NCBI RefSeq assembly: GCF_963921235.1
Contig: NC_086109.1
Location: 30,568,001-30,632,000, forward strand
Direction of reading: 5' to 3'
Origin: Mobula hypostoma
Lineage: Eukaryota
DNA: 64,000 nucleotides
Shown here in pieces: positions 9,901 through 23,320 of the stretch (the stretch's first letter is position 1; each line of letters begins with the position of its first letter). Below the pieces are notes generated by a model. It searched no databases. It saw nothing but the letters and a program-made list of their open reading frames with translations, and was not told where the DNA came from. The position numbers and the translations under genes are program-made.

Positions 9901-12900
9901 CACTAAGCACATCCTGTCCCACCTTTTGCAAAATCCATTGGCCTCCGCAGTCACCTGCGAACACGCAGAAATGGAGTGGAAGGAAGTTATGCTTGATCCT
10001 GAGGAACTTCCTAAAAGAAATGGGCTGCATACAACCTTAGGTAGCATTCACATACAAGTAGCTGCACGTCTCTTCAAGACAAAGTTAGAGACACTTAGAA
10101 ACTTCTATCTCCTCTGAGATGTTCCACATATGTCATTGCTGCTCACTGTAAATTTTGAGAAAAACCTCTGGCAGCAAAGTGATGAACCTTTCACTTGAGA
10201 AATTAAACATTTGCATTCACTGCAGGAAGGGATATAGAACTGCACTGCAAGTCTCCCAAAAGCACAGATGTTCATGGAGAGCACTCATATGCCCTTGCAG
10301 ATACCTCCTTGGTTACTTCTATCCTCCTGTGCTGTCTATCTCCACATCTTTGTTAATTTATGATCTGATAAACACAGGTTCTCCTCCTCCCCTTCTTTTT
10401 ATTTGCAAGATTTCTCCTGGCTCTTAGTTTTGAGGCATTTAATTTTCAGGGGCAACCTGCTGACTGCATAAGGGATTGTGTTGACTGGGATTCCAGTTTG
10501 GGTCAGTCTGTCTGAGATCTATTAGTTAGAAATATATCTCACACTTACCCCATGTCTCCAAGAAGGATGTGTTTAGCACTTTTAATTACATGCAGAATGA
10601 GTCCAGCATTATTAAAGATTGGTTCTTCTGTGACTGAGCATTACTAGTCATGACTTGGAACAATATGTTTGAAAACCACTTTATGGACTGTTGATGCCAC
10701 TTGGGCAGGCTCAGTGCTAGAGCCATTGTTGGTGGACACGAAATTCTCACATCAATATGTCAATACGATGTCAATAACTGGTAGAGACCTAGACAGTAAA
10801 ACCATATCAGCTTGGATTTTCATGACAGAAAACCGTTTCAATTTAGTTTTACTTGGTATGCTGCATTCATTTTGTTGCCAATCACTGCCACTAATTTTGC
10901 ATGTTACTGTGTTTATTAGTCTGTTGCCTTACAATATTGATATCTACTTTAAAGCAACTCATAGGGATCAATGCACTTAGTTGTTTTGGTGTCCCATTGT
11001 AAGTGAGATCACAAATATACAGCAATTGTTGCTGCAATAACATTTGAGAGTTTGGGAAATTTGAAGATAATGCAAGTTTCTCACTGTTCGTCAGGGATCT
11101 AGTGCTCAGGTGGTGACCCAGATACATCTCCTCTATTATGTCCACACCAGCATCTGCATTTATGGTCTCAGCTTCCACTACCTGCATAATTCAGAAAAGA
11201 GCTTTCATCTTTGCCTCCATATCACTAGAAAGGCTGTCATTGTGTTATGTCTTTCTGTTGCAGCCTTTTGCGCTTGACATATTGAATAGGGAGCTGACTT
11301 GCTGTAACTGAGAAGATAAAAGAGTTGGGGAAAATAATACTGGAAAAGGAAATATAAAAAAAAAATTGGCTTGGAAATATTTTGCACTGCTAATAGGGGG
11401 CCATTATGTGACAGGGCAATGTCAGTCTTGATTGTGGCCTGACACGGCAAAATTCAAAGCCTTAAGTGCCGTGATCACTCATTAGATACTATAATGTGCA
11501 CAAATAGAACAAGGTGGGGACTGGGAGGAACACGGTATTGGATAAAACAAGCATCTATGTTTAAAAAGAATTAAAGGGATCTTCATAGGTTGAAATTGCC
11601 AAGGTTGGCATACAGCTTATTTTAAAATGTGCACATGCAGAGATAGCAGTTTGAAAGTCTAGTCTTTCCTCAGAACAATGTGACCTAATTTCCTGGGCAA
11701 TGCTCCAAAGGAAAACACATTGTAGCATAACTGAATTTCTCGGCCATAAAATTTTAAATTAAAAATAACTCCAGGAATAATTTACTGTCTTGTTGAAGCA
11801 ACAAGACTCCACAGTTTGAAAAGTTCCCATCCAGGCCTTCAAGGTTGATTGACATGCCTGGGCTATTAATTATCTCATTAACAGTGTCTCCATACTAAGA
11901 TATCGCAGCCCCAAAAGTTCTGTGCTATGTTTACTTTGGATTCATTTCACAATTGAGAATGTGGATCAACTGAGTGCATAACATTAATTTCAAGTTACTT
12001 ACAATATTATGGACACTGTGATTGGTATGAGAGATAGCAAATCCTCTCCAGATGGATAGGAGTTGTGAGTGGGCTGGTGCAGGCCACAACACTTTTTCTA
12101 AAAGCATTCAGAGCCCTGAGATTCTCTGTGACAAGAAAAAGAACCTCAAGGTAGTAGATGCTGACATCTACGTATTTTGATAATAAATTTACTTTGAATG
12201 TTGAACTTTGACTGTAAAAGGGCAGTACCCATCTCCTGATAAGATAATAATTTACACTATGTTAGCAGTGTCTCTTTCTGCGCTATTATTTCAATCCTGT
12301 GTCTTGTCAAATGAAAGGTTATTGAATTTAAACATCTCTCTCTGTGGATGCTGGCAAATTTGTTGTCGAGTATTTTCTGCCACTATGCATAAAAGGAAGA
12401 TTTCAGTGTCCAAAGGAGAATCTAAAACCTCATCAGCGAGCAAGTGGAGAGGATGTTCATAGAACATCTCTCATTGTTAACTTCCAAGCACCATCGAAAT
12501 GTCCATGGCAGCAGATATAAAGTTACCCAAGCTAGTGCTGACATCAGCCTCCTTTGTAGAACAAAGAAATAATCCACGAACAACACAGGCCTGCTGTAGA
12601 TGGGTGAAATGGGTATTTTGACTGCTAACCCAATGGTGTACATTTAAAATCTATCTGTGTTTCCACCTTCCAGTCTTTACCATTCCACCATAGATTTAGC
12701 TTAATAATATGGAGTACTTTCAAAACCAAAACAAACCACTGAATAATAAAAGAAAATAGTTCTGCATACTTAGCCGTGATCTGAACTCCTTCCGCCCAAG
12801 GTGAAGCCTGAACAGATGAAAGATGGAAATGCTGAGCACCCAATGGTCCAAAAGGACAACCTTACATCATTGCTCCATTATGTAACTGTGAAAGCTGCTT

Positions 12901-13579
12901 TCATTGGAGGAGTTTGCTAAGATGCACAGTCTGTGCTTGGCGTTATGTCTCAGGTCAATCCAAAATTGCAGTCCTTTCAGCAAATATGGCCTGACTGGGC
13001 CACAAGTAGGATGTTAATCCTATTCATGCCAGTGAGCTCCTGTTTCTGCAGAAAATGTTGGGTTCCCTCAGCATTTCAGACAGCATTGGGGATCTCCAAC
13101 CTGAAATTATATTTCTGCCTGACTCACTGATTGGTTCCAGAATTTGTGTTTCTATTTCAGATTCCCTGTCTATACAGATACTTTTAGATTTTCCTTTCCA
13201 GTTTTTGCAAGATTAATTCCGAAGAGGCGCAAAGTATCCAGCATCTCACACTCTTTCTCACCAAAATTGCCGTTGGTTTTTTACCTAGTAATACTGTTAT
13301 TGAAAAGGTGTTATAATTTCCTGCCAAATTCTTTGCATTTGTTTAATTTAACACTTTCAAAATACTCAAAGGATGCTTTGTAGCTGTCGCAAGGTCTTTG
13401 GAGCAGACTGTATTCCCATTGACAACACAAAACTTGCTGGTGAAGAGCCTTGGTCTCATAGTGTACATATAGGAAGAGATTAATAGATCAGTGAACCACA
13501 TAGATGTCATAACCATGACTATCTTGACCAACGGTGACCAAATAGACAAGTCTGACAGAAGGATCTCCTGGCTACTATT

Positions 13580-13940
13580 AAGACATAGGAGCAGAATTAG
13601 GCCAGTCAGCCCATCGAGTCTGCTCCACTATTCCATCATGGCTGATCCCAGATACCACTCAACCCCTTACACTTGCCTTCTCTTCATATCTTTTGATGCC
13701 ATGACTGATCAAGAAATTATCTACTTCCACCTTAAATATACTGACAGACTTGGCCTCCACTGCAGCCTGTGGCAGAGCATTCCACAGATTCACTGCTCTC
13801 TATCTAAAAAAATTCCTTCTCACCTTTGGTCTAAAAGGTCAGCTCTCAATTTTGAGGCTGTGCCCTCTAGTTCTCGATACCTCCACCACAAGTAAATATG
13901 GTTTTACACATCCACCCTATCTAGTCCTTTTAATATTAGG
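13580..13940 (-). mobile_element. CR1 LINE 3' fragment
   Basis: CATAGGAGCAGAATTAGGCC..GCTCCACTATTCCATCATGGCTGATCC and GGCAGAGCATTCCACAGATTCAC are reverse complements of the CR1 3' end at 28920-29140. Confidence 0.85.
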
Positions 13941-14229
13941 ACACAAAGAAAAACACCTACAGAATCTTTCTTCATTATATCCTTCCATGGCTAAAAACCA
14001 GACCCCGGAGGTACATTGCAAATGTTGTCCATGTAGAAACATGGTGGATGATGTCACACTTCGGCTCCAACAAACATCCTGTGGAGTATTTCACCTCTCA
14101 GCGATATGTCAGCAGAGCCTATTGATTGACTGAGGAAAAGAACGTATGAAAATAAATGCACATAACTCACACCCTTATTGTCAGCAGGGATATGCACTCT
14201 CATTTGTGCTTCTGTGTCCTGAACCACCT

Positions 14230-14570
14230 ACTTCAGGGAAGGCAAACAATATGAAAGATACCACAAACACTCCCTGCATTAAACTCCTTCAGAATCACTG
14301 AAGGGATAAGAGAAGCAACGTCAGTGTCCTCGGTCAATATCATCAATATTTTGGACCTGGTTACTCTCAGCTCCATTGGAAAGGACACATCGGTTGTATG
14401 CTCAATAGCAGGCCCCCAAAAGAGGCGTGCTATTGTAGGCTCTATCAACGGGAAGAATTTACCAGGCAGAGGATAACATTAAAGGATGTGTTCAAAGCCT
14501 CGCTGAAGAAACAAAGTTTCCACACCAACTTTGGGGAATCCCTGGTCCATGGTCCATCAGTACACATAGA
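14230..14570 (+). mobile_element. Decayed RTE-clade LINE C-terminal fragment
   Basis: W.GHI..M..SRPPK..Y..L....R...LKDVFKASLKK resembles the RTE ORF C-terminus. Confidence 0.5.
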
Positions 14571-14574
14571 CCAC

Positions 14575-16010
14575 AACATGGTGTGCTGAGCCCTCTGCTT
14601 TACCGACTTTACACTTATGACTGTATGGCTAAGCACAGCTCCAATGCCATATTTAAGTTTGCTGATGGCACCACTGTTGTTGGTCAAATCAAAGCTGGTG
14701 GCAAATCAGCATATGGAAAGGAGATTGAAAATCTGGCTGAGTGGTGTCACAAGGGCGGGGGGAACGAGAGGTGGACAGGGTAGGTAACTTTAAATTCCTC
14801 AGTGTGATCATTTCAGAGGATCTGTCCTAGGCCCAGCATGCAAGTGCCATTAAGAAGAAAACATGGCAGCAACCTTTACTTCTTTAGAAGTTTGTGAAGA
14901 TTTGGCATGACATCTAAAACCTTGACAAATGTCTATCGATGTGCGGTGGAGAGTGTATTGACTGGTTGCATCCCAGCCTGGTGTGGAAACACCAATGCCC
15001 TTAAATAGAAAATCCTAAAAAAAGTAGTGGATATGCCCCAGTCCATTATGGGCAAAGCTCTCTCCACTATCGAGCACATCTACATGGAAGTGCTGTTGCA
15101 ACAAAGTCACATCCATCATCAGGGACCCCCCATTACCCAGGGCATGTTCTCCTCTTGCTGCTGTCATCAGTAAGAATGTATAGGAGCCACAGGACCCACA
15201 CCACCAGGTTCAGGAACAGTTATTACCCCTCAACCATCAGGCTCTTCAACCAGAGGAGATAACTTCACTCAACATCCCTTGCCGCTTCACTTAACAGTTC
15301 CCTCAACTTACAGACTCACCTTTAAGGACTCTAGGATTCTAGGTATGAATGGCTTGTCATATGAAGATCGTTTGCTGGCTCTGAGCCTGTATTCACTAGA
15401 ATTCAGAAGAACTAGGGGTGACCTCATTGAAATCTATCGAATGGTGAAAGGCTTTGATAAAGTGGATGTGGAGAGGATGTTTTCTATGGAGGGAGAGATA
15501 ATCACCAAAGGACACGGCCTCCGAATAGAGAGGCATCCTTTTAGAATGGAGATGAGAAGGAATTTTGTTAGCCAGAGAGAGGTGAATCTGTGGAATTCTT
15601 TGCCACAGGCAGCTGTGGAGGCCAGATCTTTATGTATATTTTAAGACCAAGATCGATAAGTTCTCGATTGGTCAGGGCATGAAGGGATACAGGGAGAATG
15701 CAGGAGACTGGGGCCGAGGGGGAAAATTGGATTAACCATGATGAAATGGCAGAGTAGATCGATGGGCCAAATGGCCTAATTCTGCTTCTATACCTTATGA
15801 TCTTATGGACTGTTCATCTCATATTCTTGATAGTAATTGCTTATTTATTTTTTATTATTATTTCATTTATTTCTCTTTTGTATTTGTAGTCTTTTGCACT
15901 TTGGTTGGGACTTTTCTGTCCTGTTGGGTGTGGCCTTTCATTGATTCTATTGTGTTTCTTGTATTTATTGTGTATGCCCGCAATCTCAGGGTTGTATATG
16001 GTGACATATA
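14575..16010 (+). mobile_element. Decayed Rex1/Babar LINE 3' part with nested CR1 3' fragment (about 15335-15806)
   Basis: LSPLLYRLYTYDC..IFKFADGTTVVG (Rex1 type); GLYSLEFRR.RGDLIE..VNLWNSLP (CR1 type) in ORF 15279-15644. Confidence 0.85.
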
Positions 16011-16079
16011 CAATCATGTGCTACAGCCCTAGGTACATATGTATGTGTCTAAGACTTTTGCATGGTACTATATACTGTA

Positions 16080-18058
16080 CCTTGATGAATATGCCTCAGC
16101 TGTCACGGACTTTATTTGGAAATGCACGGAAGACTGTGTGTCTTGAAAGACGATTTGGGTATTCCCTAACCGGAAACCTTGGATGGATTATGAGGTCAAG
16201 TCCCTTTATGAACTCCGGAAAGCCATTAAGGGCGCCAAGAGGCAATATCGAGCCAAGTTGGAACCCCGGGCTAACCAGAGGGATGCCAGTAGTCTATGGC
16301 AGGGTCTAAATGAGATCACTGGGCGCAAAGAAAAGGCTGGGAATATCTGTGGCGCTTCTCTTCCTGATGAACTTAACGTATTCTACGCAAGATTTGAACA
16401 GAAGAGGATCGTCTCGCTCCCACCGGATGAACCGGACCTGGTGGCATTCATTGTCACTGAGGAGGACGTTAGAAGGGCCTTCCTGAAGATAAATCCAAGG
16501 AAGGCGACGGGTCCATACGGCGTCCCAGGACGGGTTCTCCGGGTCTGTGCAAGCGAGCTAGCTGGAGTGTTTGCTGATATCTTCAACTGCTCCTTGCTTC
16601 AGTCTAAGGTCCCCTCATGTTTTAAGAAGACAACGATAATCCCAGTGCCGAAGAAGAGCAAGGTGGCATGCCTGAATGACTATCGACCTGTGGCTCTGAC
16701 ATCAATTGCTATGAAGTGCTTCGAGAGATTAGTTATGGCACACATCAACCACAGCCTACCAGTCAACCTTGATGATTTGCAATTCGCCTACTGGAGCAAC
16801 AGGTCAACAGCAGATGCCATCTCTCTGGCTCTACATTCCTCCTTAGAACACCTGGAGAATAAGGACGCATACATAAGGCTCCTTTTCATTGACTACAGCT
16901 CTGCCTTTAATACCATCATTCCAAATAAACTGATTCCTAAGCTCTGGAACCTGGGCCTTAGCACTCAGATCTGCAGCTGGATCTTCAACTTCCTCACAGA
17001 CAGGACCCAGGCTGTAAAAATAGGGGACAAGCTCTCCTCTACAATCACTCTGAGCACCGGTGCCCCACAAGGCTGTGTACTCAGCCCCCTGCTGTACTCA
17101 CTGTACACCCATGATTGTGTAGCCAAGTTTCCATCAAACTCAATATATAAGTTTGCTGATGACACAACAATTGCAGGCCGTATCTCAAGTAATGATGAGT
17201 TTGAGTACAGAGAAGAAATTAAGAACCTGGTGGCATGGTGCAAAGACAATAACCTATCCCTCAACATCAGCAAGACGAAGGAATTGGTTGTTGAATTCAG
17301 AAGGAGTAGCGGACTGCACGACCCAATTTACATCGGTGGTGCGCAAGTGGAACAGGTCAAAAACTTTATGTCCCTTGGGGTCAATATCACAAATGATCTG
17401 ACTTGGTCCAAACAAGCAGAGTCCACTGTCAAGAAGGCCCACCAGCGCCTTTACTTCCTGAGAAAACTAAAGAAATTTGGCCTATCTTCTAAAACCCTCA
17501 CTAATTTTTATAGATGCACCGTAGAAAGCATTCTTCTAGGGTGCATCACAACCTGGTATGGAAGTTGTCCTGTCCAAGACTGGAAGAAGCTGCAGAAGAT
17601 CGTGAACATGGCGCAGCACATCACACAAACCAATCTTCCGTCCTTGGACTCACTTTACACCGCACGCTATCGGAGCAGTGCTGCCAGGATGCGACCCACC
17701 CAGCCAACACACTTTTCGTCCCTCTTCCTTCCAGGAGAAGGCTCAGGAGCTTGAAGAGTCATATGGCCAGATTTAGGAACAGCTTCTTTCCAACTGTGAT
17801 AAGACTGCTGAACTGATCCTGACCCGGATCTGGGCCATACCCTCCAAATATCTGGACCTGCCTCTCGGTTTTTTTGCACTACCTTACTTTCCATTTTTCT
17901 ATTTTCTATTTACGATTTATAATTTAAATTTTTAATATTTACTATCGATTTGTAATCCAGGGAGCAGGAAGCGCAGAATCAAATATCACTGTGATGATCT
18001 TACGTTCTAGTATCAATTGTTTGGCGCAATAAAGTATAAAGTATGAAGTATAAAGTAT
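16080..18058 (+). mobile_element. Young 5'-truncated Rex1/Babar-clade LINE
   Basis: Long RT ORF, 3' UTR, AATAAA and (AAAGTAT)n tail at about 18028-18058. Confidence 0.92.
16183..17754 (+). pseudogene. Rex1/Babar reverse transcriptase (523-aa ORF, truncated, C-terminal frameshift)
   Basis: CLNDYRPVALTS, LQFAY..NRSTADA, LFIDYSSAFNTI, GAPQGCVLSPLLY, KFADDT. Upstream in-frame TGA near 16144; about 10 bp missing near 17690 relative to the 24290-24885 copy. Confidence 0.92.
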
Positions 18059-18465
18059 ATTTGTCAATGTGGAGCAGAAAGTGAGTTTGTAAATCTGGCC
18101 ATAGCAAAGGATTTTGAGAATGGTGAGGGTGGAGAACTGCGGGAGGAGTGTGGGACAGGTGGCAGAGAAGGAGTGTTGGTGCAGGGGTGTTGTTGGTGCA
18201 GAAACACCCAGCCATAAGACACCAGGCAAGGTCATTTGATTCCAAACAATTGGTTTATTGATCATCACAGAATATCTCTCTGGTTCTTCCCATTCCTTCC
18301 CCTCTCCTTACCCCTTTCCCTAACCATTACTCTCCTCTCCCTGTCCCCTTCCCACTCTCAGTCCACAATAGAGACCCATATCAGAACCAGATTTATCATC
18401 ACTCACATCTAATAAAATTTGTTTTTTTTTGCTGACAGCAGTGCAGTGTAATAGATAAAGTAACT

Positions 18466-18535
18466 ATAGTATTGTGCAAAAGTCTTAGGCACCCTAGCTA
18501 TATACTTGTTCGTAAAAATTTGCACAGAACTGTAT
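18466..18535. mobile_element. Tiny palindromic Tc1/mariner-type MITE
   Basis: TAGTATTGTGCAAAAGTCTTAG..TAAAAATTTGCACAGAACTGTA imperfect inverted repeat bounded by TA; a partial copy lies at about 16010-16070. Confidence 0.6.
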
Positions 18536-19180
18536 GTACTTTGATAGTACATTTACTTTGAATTTTGCAGAGGAGGCATTAGAAGCACTCAGATGCCCAA
18601 AATAACCAGAGAAAGACGATACCATCTGATGAGTTGCATCTGCCTGCCCAGTCAGTTCTTTGCCCGGGTCCTGGCGGAGGGTTTCGAACTGACATATTGA
18701 CAGTTTCTGTTCCCCCACAGATCCTGCTCAACCCATGGATTTTCACCAACAGATCCCATCCATTTTAGAACTTGTGGTTCCCTGATGGCCACACAAGACA
18801 CTAAAAGTCCATAACCTCAGAGTGGAAGCAGGGACTCTATCCCAAGGGACTGCACTAGATTTGACATATACACATATCCATTTGGAGCCATTTGAAGTTG
18901 AAGGATCTTTTTAACTATTTCTTCTGTAATATATTCTCGCACACATAGTCCAGTCTTTTAAAGCAGCTTTTAACTCAACTGATCATTTCTGTTAGAATTA
19001 GCTTTAATATTTCACAGGGTACAATAAACTCTTTAGCAGTTTAAATTCACACTTCTGAAAATGTGTAAACAATTGCTCTGAATGAATCAAGATAACGAAC
19101 ACCTCATTATCTCTCAGTAGTTGGATTTAGACAAACCTTAAATAAAGTTAATCAGCCTTGAATTATGTTGGCTATTTAAT

Positions 19181-20798
19181 ATACAAAAAGTATTCACCCC
19201 TTGGAAGTTTTCATGTTTTATTGTTTTACAGCATTGAATCGCAGGTGGATTTAATTTGACTTTATTTGACGCTGGTCAACAGAAAAGACTTCTTCATGTC
19301 AAAGTGAAAACAGACCTCTACAAAGTGATCTAAATTAATTACAAATATAAAACACAAAATAATTGATTGTAGAAGTATTCACCTCCTTTAATATGACACA
19401 CCAAATCATCACTGGTGCAGTCAACTCGTTTTAGAAGTTACATAGTTAAATGGAGATCACCTGTGTGCAGTCAAGGTGTTTCAATTGATTGTAGTAAAAA
19501 TACACAATTATTTGGAAGATCCAACTGCTGGTGAGTCAGTATTCTGGCAAAAGCTATACAGTGGTGACAAAAGAACACTCTGTGCATCTCTGCAAAAAGG
19601 TTATTGAAAGGCACAAGTTAGGAGATGGATACAAGAAAATTTCCAAGTCACTGATATCCCTTGGAGTACAGTTAAGTTAACTATCAAGAAATCAAAAGAA
19701 TATGGCACAGCTATAAATCTGCCTAGAGCAGGCTGTCTTCAAAAACTGAGTGACCATGGAAGGAGAGGATGAGTGAGAGAGGCCACCAAGAGACCTGTAA
19801 CAACTCTGGAGGAGTTACAAACTTCAGTGGTTGAGATGGGAGAGACTGCACATATAACAATGTTGTCTGGGGGCTTCACCAGTCACAGCTTTATGGGACA
19901 GTGGCAAAAAGAAAGTCCCTGTTGAAAAAAACTCTCACAAAATCTCAACTAGAGTTTGCCAGAAGGCATGTGGAAGACCCTGAAGTCACTGAAGATTCTA
20001 TGGTCTGATGAAACCAAAATTGAGCTTTTTGGCCATCAGATTAAATGCTATGTTTGATGTAAACCAAACACTGCACATCATAAAAAACACATCATCCCTA
20101 CTGTTAAGCATGGTAGTGGCTGCATTATGCTGTGGGGATGTTTCACTGCAGCAGGCCCTGGAAGGCTTGTGAACATAGAGGGTAAAATTAATGCAGCAAA
20201 ATACAAGGAAATTCTGGAGTAAAATCTGATGCAGTCTGCAAGAGATCTACAGCTTGGGAGAAGATTTGTTTTCCATCAAGACAATGACACCAAACATACA
20301 AACCAAGCTACACAGGAATGGCTTAAAAACAACAAAGTTAATCTTCTGGAGTGGCCAAGTCAGAGTCCAAACTTCAATCCAATTGAAAACTTGTGGCTGG
20401 ACTTGAAAAGGGCTGTTCCCTTGCAATCTGTCAGAGTTTGAGCAGTTTTGTAAAGAGGAATGGAGAAAAATTGTAGTGTTCAGATGTGCAAAGTTGATAG
20501 AGACCTACCCACACAGATTGAAGGCTGTAATTGTTGCCAAAAGTGCATACTGACTTGAAGGGTTTGAATACTTATGCAATCAATTATTATCTGTTTAATA
20601 TTTGTAATTAATTTAGATCACTTTGTAGAGATGTTTTCACATTGACATGAAAGAGTCTTTTTCTGTTCATCAGTGTCAAAAAGCCAAATTAAATCCTCTG
20701 CGATTCAATGTTGTCAAACAATAAAACATAAAAACTTCAAACAATAAAATATGAAAAATTTCAAGCAATAAAACATGAATACTTTTTATAGGCACTGT
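19181..20798 (+). mobile_element. Tc1 DNA transposon, IR/DR type, near full length, decayed transposase (about 19561-20553)
   Basis: About 200-bp TIRs (AAAAAGTATTCACCCC.. / ..GAATACTTTTTATAGGCACTG) with inner repeat AAGTATTCACC. Transposase remnants GDGYKKISKSL, LWSDETKIELFG, VKHG.G.IMLWGCF, FHQDNDTKH, WPSQSPNFNPIENLW. Confidence 0.93.
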
Positions 20799-21299
20799 GA
20801 ATTTATCATAGTAAAGCATTACATATGCACATATATTTTAAATATCTTCTTTCAGACTGCAATCTATTTAGACTGCATTCCCCACATAAATTACTAAAAT
20901 CTGAGAGATTTGTTACAAATACATATCCAAAATTGATTCGTTCTTAATCACAAAAGATTTTAGATGGTCTTTATTTGCTTAAATGTTTCTAGCCAGAGGA
21001 CACAAATTTAAAGGGACTAACAAAAGAATTGGATGTTATGAAGAAAGGCATTTTATACGATAAGTGATTAGAATATGCAATGCATATCGTGACAGGTGAT
21101 GCATATAAATTAAGTAGTATTCCTGAAGAAGAAATGTGTTTATTAATTGAAGCAAAACAAAATGAGTGCCTGACAAATGGTTGTTGCTTAAGTACTGGAG
21201 GGAGATGAGGGTTTTGAGGTGGAAAACCTATAGTAGATTGTGACTAGCAAGAAATGTTGATCATGAGGCATACTGCTCCACCTCTGCTTTTGAGAGATT

Positions 21300-21745
21300 C
21301 TACAGATCTATCCTGACGGTGTATAGTAAACCCAAGGAACTAAATCGCTACATCCAGGGTTAACCAGGATTCTGTGAAATATAGGACACACGCAGTCCTA
21401 ATGTCCCTCTGATTCCGCACCCCAGCTCTGAGATCATCAATTTTATTCACTAGAGACTGCACATTTGCCAATAAGATAGTTGGTATTGGTAGTTTAAAAT
21501 CCTGTTTCCTTAAAAGCACTTCTATCCCTGACCGGCAGCCACTTTTTCTGCGTGGAATCCGGTGAGAAGAGCGTCCACAATTGGCAATATTCCCATCAGT
21601 TTTAATCAGCGACAGTTCGGTTAATTGCATTAAGACATCTTTGTTGACTGTATTGAGCTTGGAAGCAGTTGTGTTTTTTAGTTGTATCAGGCTAAAATGA
21701 GAATATTTAATCACATCCATCGAGAGTTCTGTTGCCAGTGTTGCC
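21300..21745 (-). mobile_element. Rex1/Babar LINE 5' fragment (endonuclease N-terminus)
   Basis: PTILLANVQSLVNKIDDLR..QRDIR.ACVL.FTESWL in ORF 21340-21720. Confidence 0.8.
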
Positions 21746-22179
21746 TCATTTGTCCTAAAAATGTCAAATTAAGAATGTTTGTATGATGCACAATGAGATG
21801 TTTGTTTTATATTAAGGTTATAAGTTAAATGGAAGTTATTGCAGGTTTTTGTTTTAGTGACTGCTAGTCATTGAGTAAGATAACGAGTATTTTCAACAAG
21901 ATGAATTCCAGTCATAATCCCTTGCCAACCAATAGCGTTGTAGTCATTGACATTTTCACGCTTAACATCCAGAATGATCTGAAAATAAACAGGATCAGCT
22001 ACATAAGTACCATGGCTTCTAGAAAAGGCCAGAATATGAATGTTCAATTATAAATTATTGAATTCCTGACTACCATAGTTTCTCCCTAATCTATAGATAA
22101 CAAAGCCTAGTACAAATGTAAGCAATAAGCAAGATATAAAAAAAAATTGACAAGGGTTCTAGAAAAACAAAGATTAGTA

Positions 22180-23320
22180 AGTGGATAAAATGTGACAGAA
22201 TATCACATAGAAAAATGATCTGATTTTGGCAGAAAGGGTAGAAAGCCTTTACACCTGCTTATGAATGCAAATATCTGATCAGCCAATCATGTGACAACAA
22301 CTCAAGGCATAACAGCGTGCAGACATAGTCATGTGCTTCTATTGTTGTTCAGACCAAACATCAGAATGGGGAAGAAATGCGATCTCAGTGACTTTGACCA
22401 TGGACTGATTGTTGGTGCTACTCAGGATAGTTTGAGTATCTCAGAAACTGCTGATCTCCTTGGATTTTCATGCACAACAGTCTCCAGAGTTTATGAAGAC
22501 TAGTGCAAGAGACAAAAAAAAAATTAGTGAGCGGCAGTTCTGTGGGCGAAAATGCCTTATTAGTGAGAGAGGTCAGAGGAGAATAGCCAGATTGGTTCAA
22601 GCTAACAGGAAGGTGACAGTAACTCAAATAACCATGCATTACAACAGTGGTATGCAGAAGGGTATCTCTGAATGAACAATACATTGAACCTTGAAGTGGA
22701 CAGGCTACAGCAGCAGGAGACAATGAACATACACTCAGTGGCCACTTTGTTAGGTACAGGAAGTCCTTAATAAAGAGGCTAGTGAGTATAGGAACCTTCA
22801 GTTCAGCTTTCTGAATGATATAAAAGTCTTTGATATGTGAAACACAGAAACATATAGGTACAGCAAAGGGTTACTAGAAGGATTTTATTGATAAAAGAAG
22901 AGAAGCTTTGTTACAATGCCAATGGGCTTTAGCAAAGTCACTCTTTACATAGTATGTGCAGAGTTTGACCTTTATTTCTAAGTCAAGTAATATCAGTCTT
23001 GGAGATGGTGTGATATGGATTCACTAAGCTGATTCTTTGAATAACAGGTTGTTGTATGGGGAGAGATTAGGTACCGTGAGGTTTTATACTCATCAATGAG
23101 AGGAATTTGAGGTAATCGCATTGATTCATTTAAGATACTGACAGCTCTTGGCAGGTAAATGCTGAGAGACAAGAGGTCAGACTATTGTTAACAAGATGGA
23201 ATCATGGAAAATGGGAGCCAGATTAGAAAATGATGGGGTGGAGAATTGTTCATGATCGCACGGACAGGGAGAGCAAGCTCTGTGAGTCATATGGCTTATT
23301 TCTGCTTCTATTTCTTATTT
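22180..23320 (+). mobile_element. Old CR1 3' fragment interrupted by a Tc1 derivative
   Basis: Degenerate CR1 C-terminal region and ATGGCTTATTTCTGCTTCTATTTCTTAT 3' end. Confidence 0.55.
22248..22790 (+). mobile_element. Internally deleted Tc1-family element (DNA-binding region only) ending in a palindrome
   Basis: MGKKCDLSDFDHGLIVGA..SISETADLLGFS.TTVSRVY and GRKCLISERGQRRIARLVQANRK; terminal inverted repeat at 22730-22790. Confidence 0.85.

Noticed and set aside
11065..11105. CTGACGA..GAAAC on the minus strand as another hammerhead
   Set aside because: The intervening ACAGTGA cannot form stem II and there is no PLE flank.
10891..11187. 98-aa minus-strand ORF with an acceptor-like site as a host exon
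   Set aside because: No recognisable domain, no matching donor, and the length is within chance expectation.
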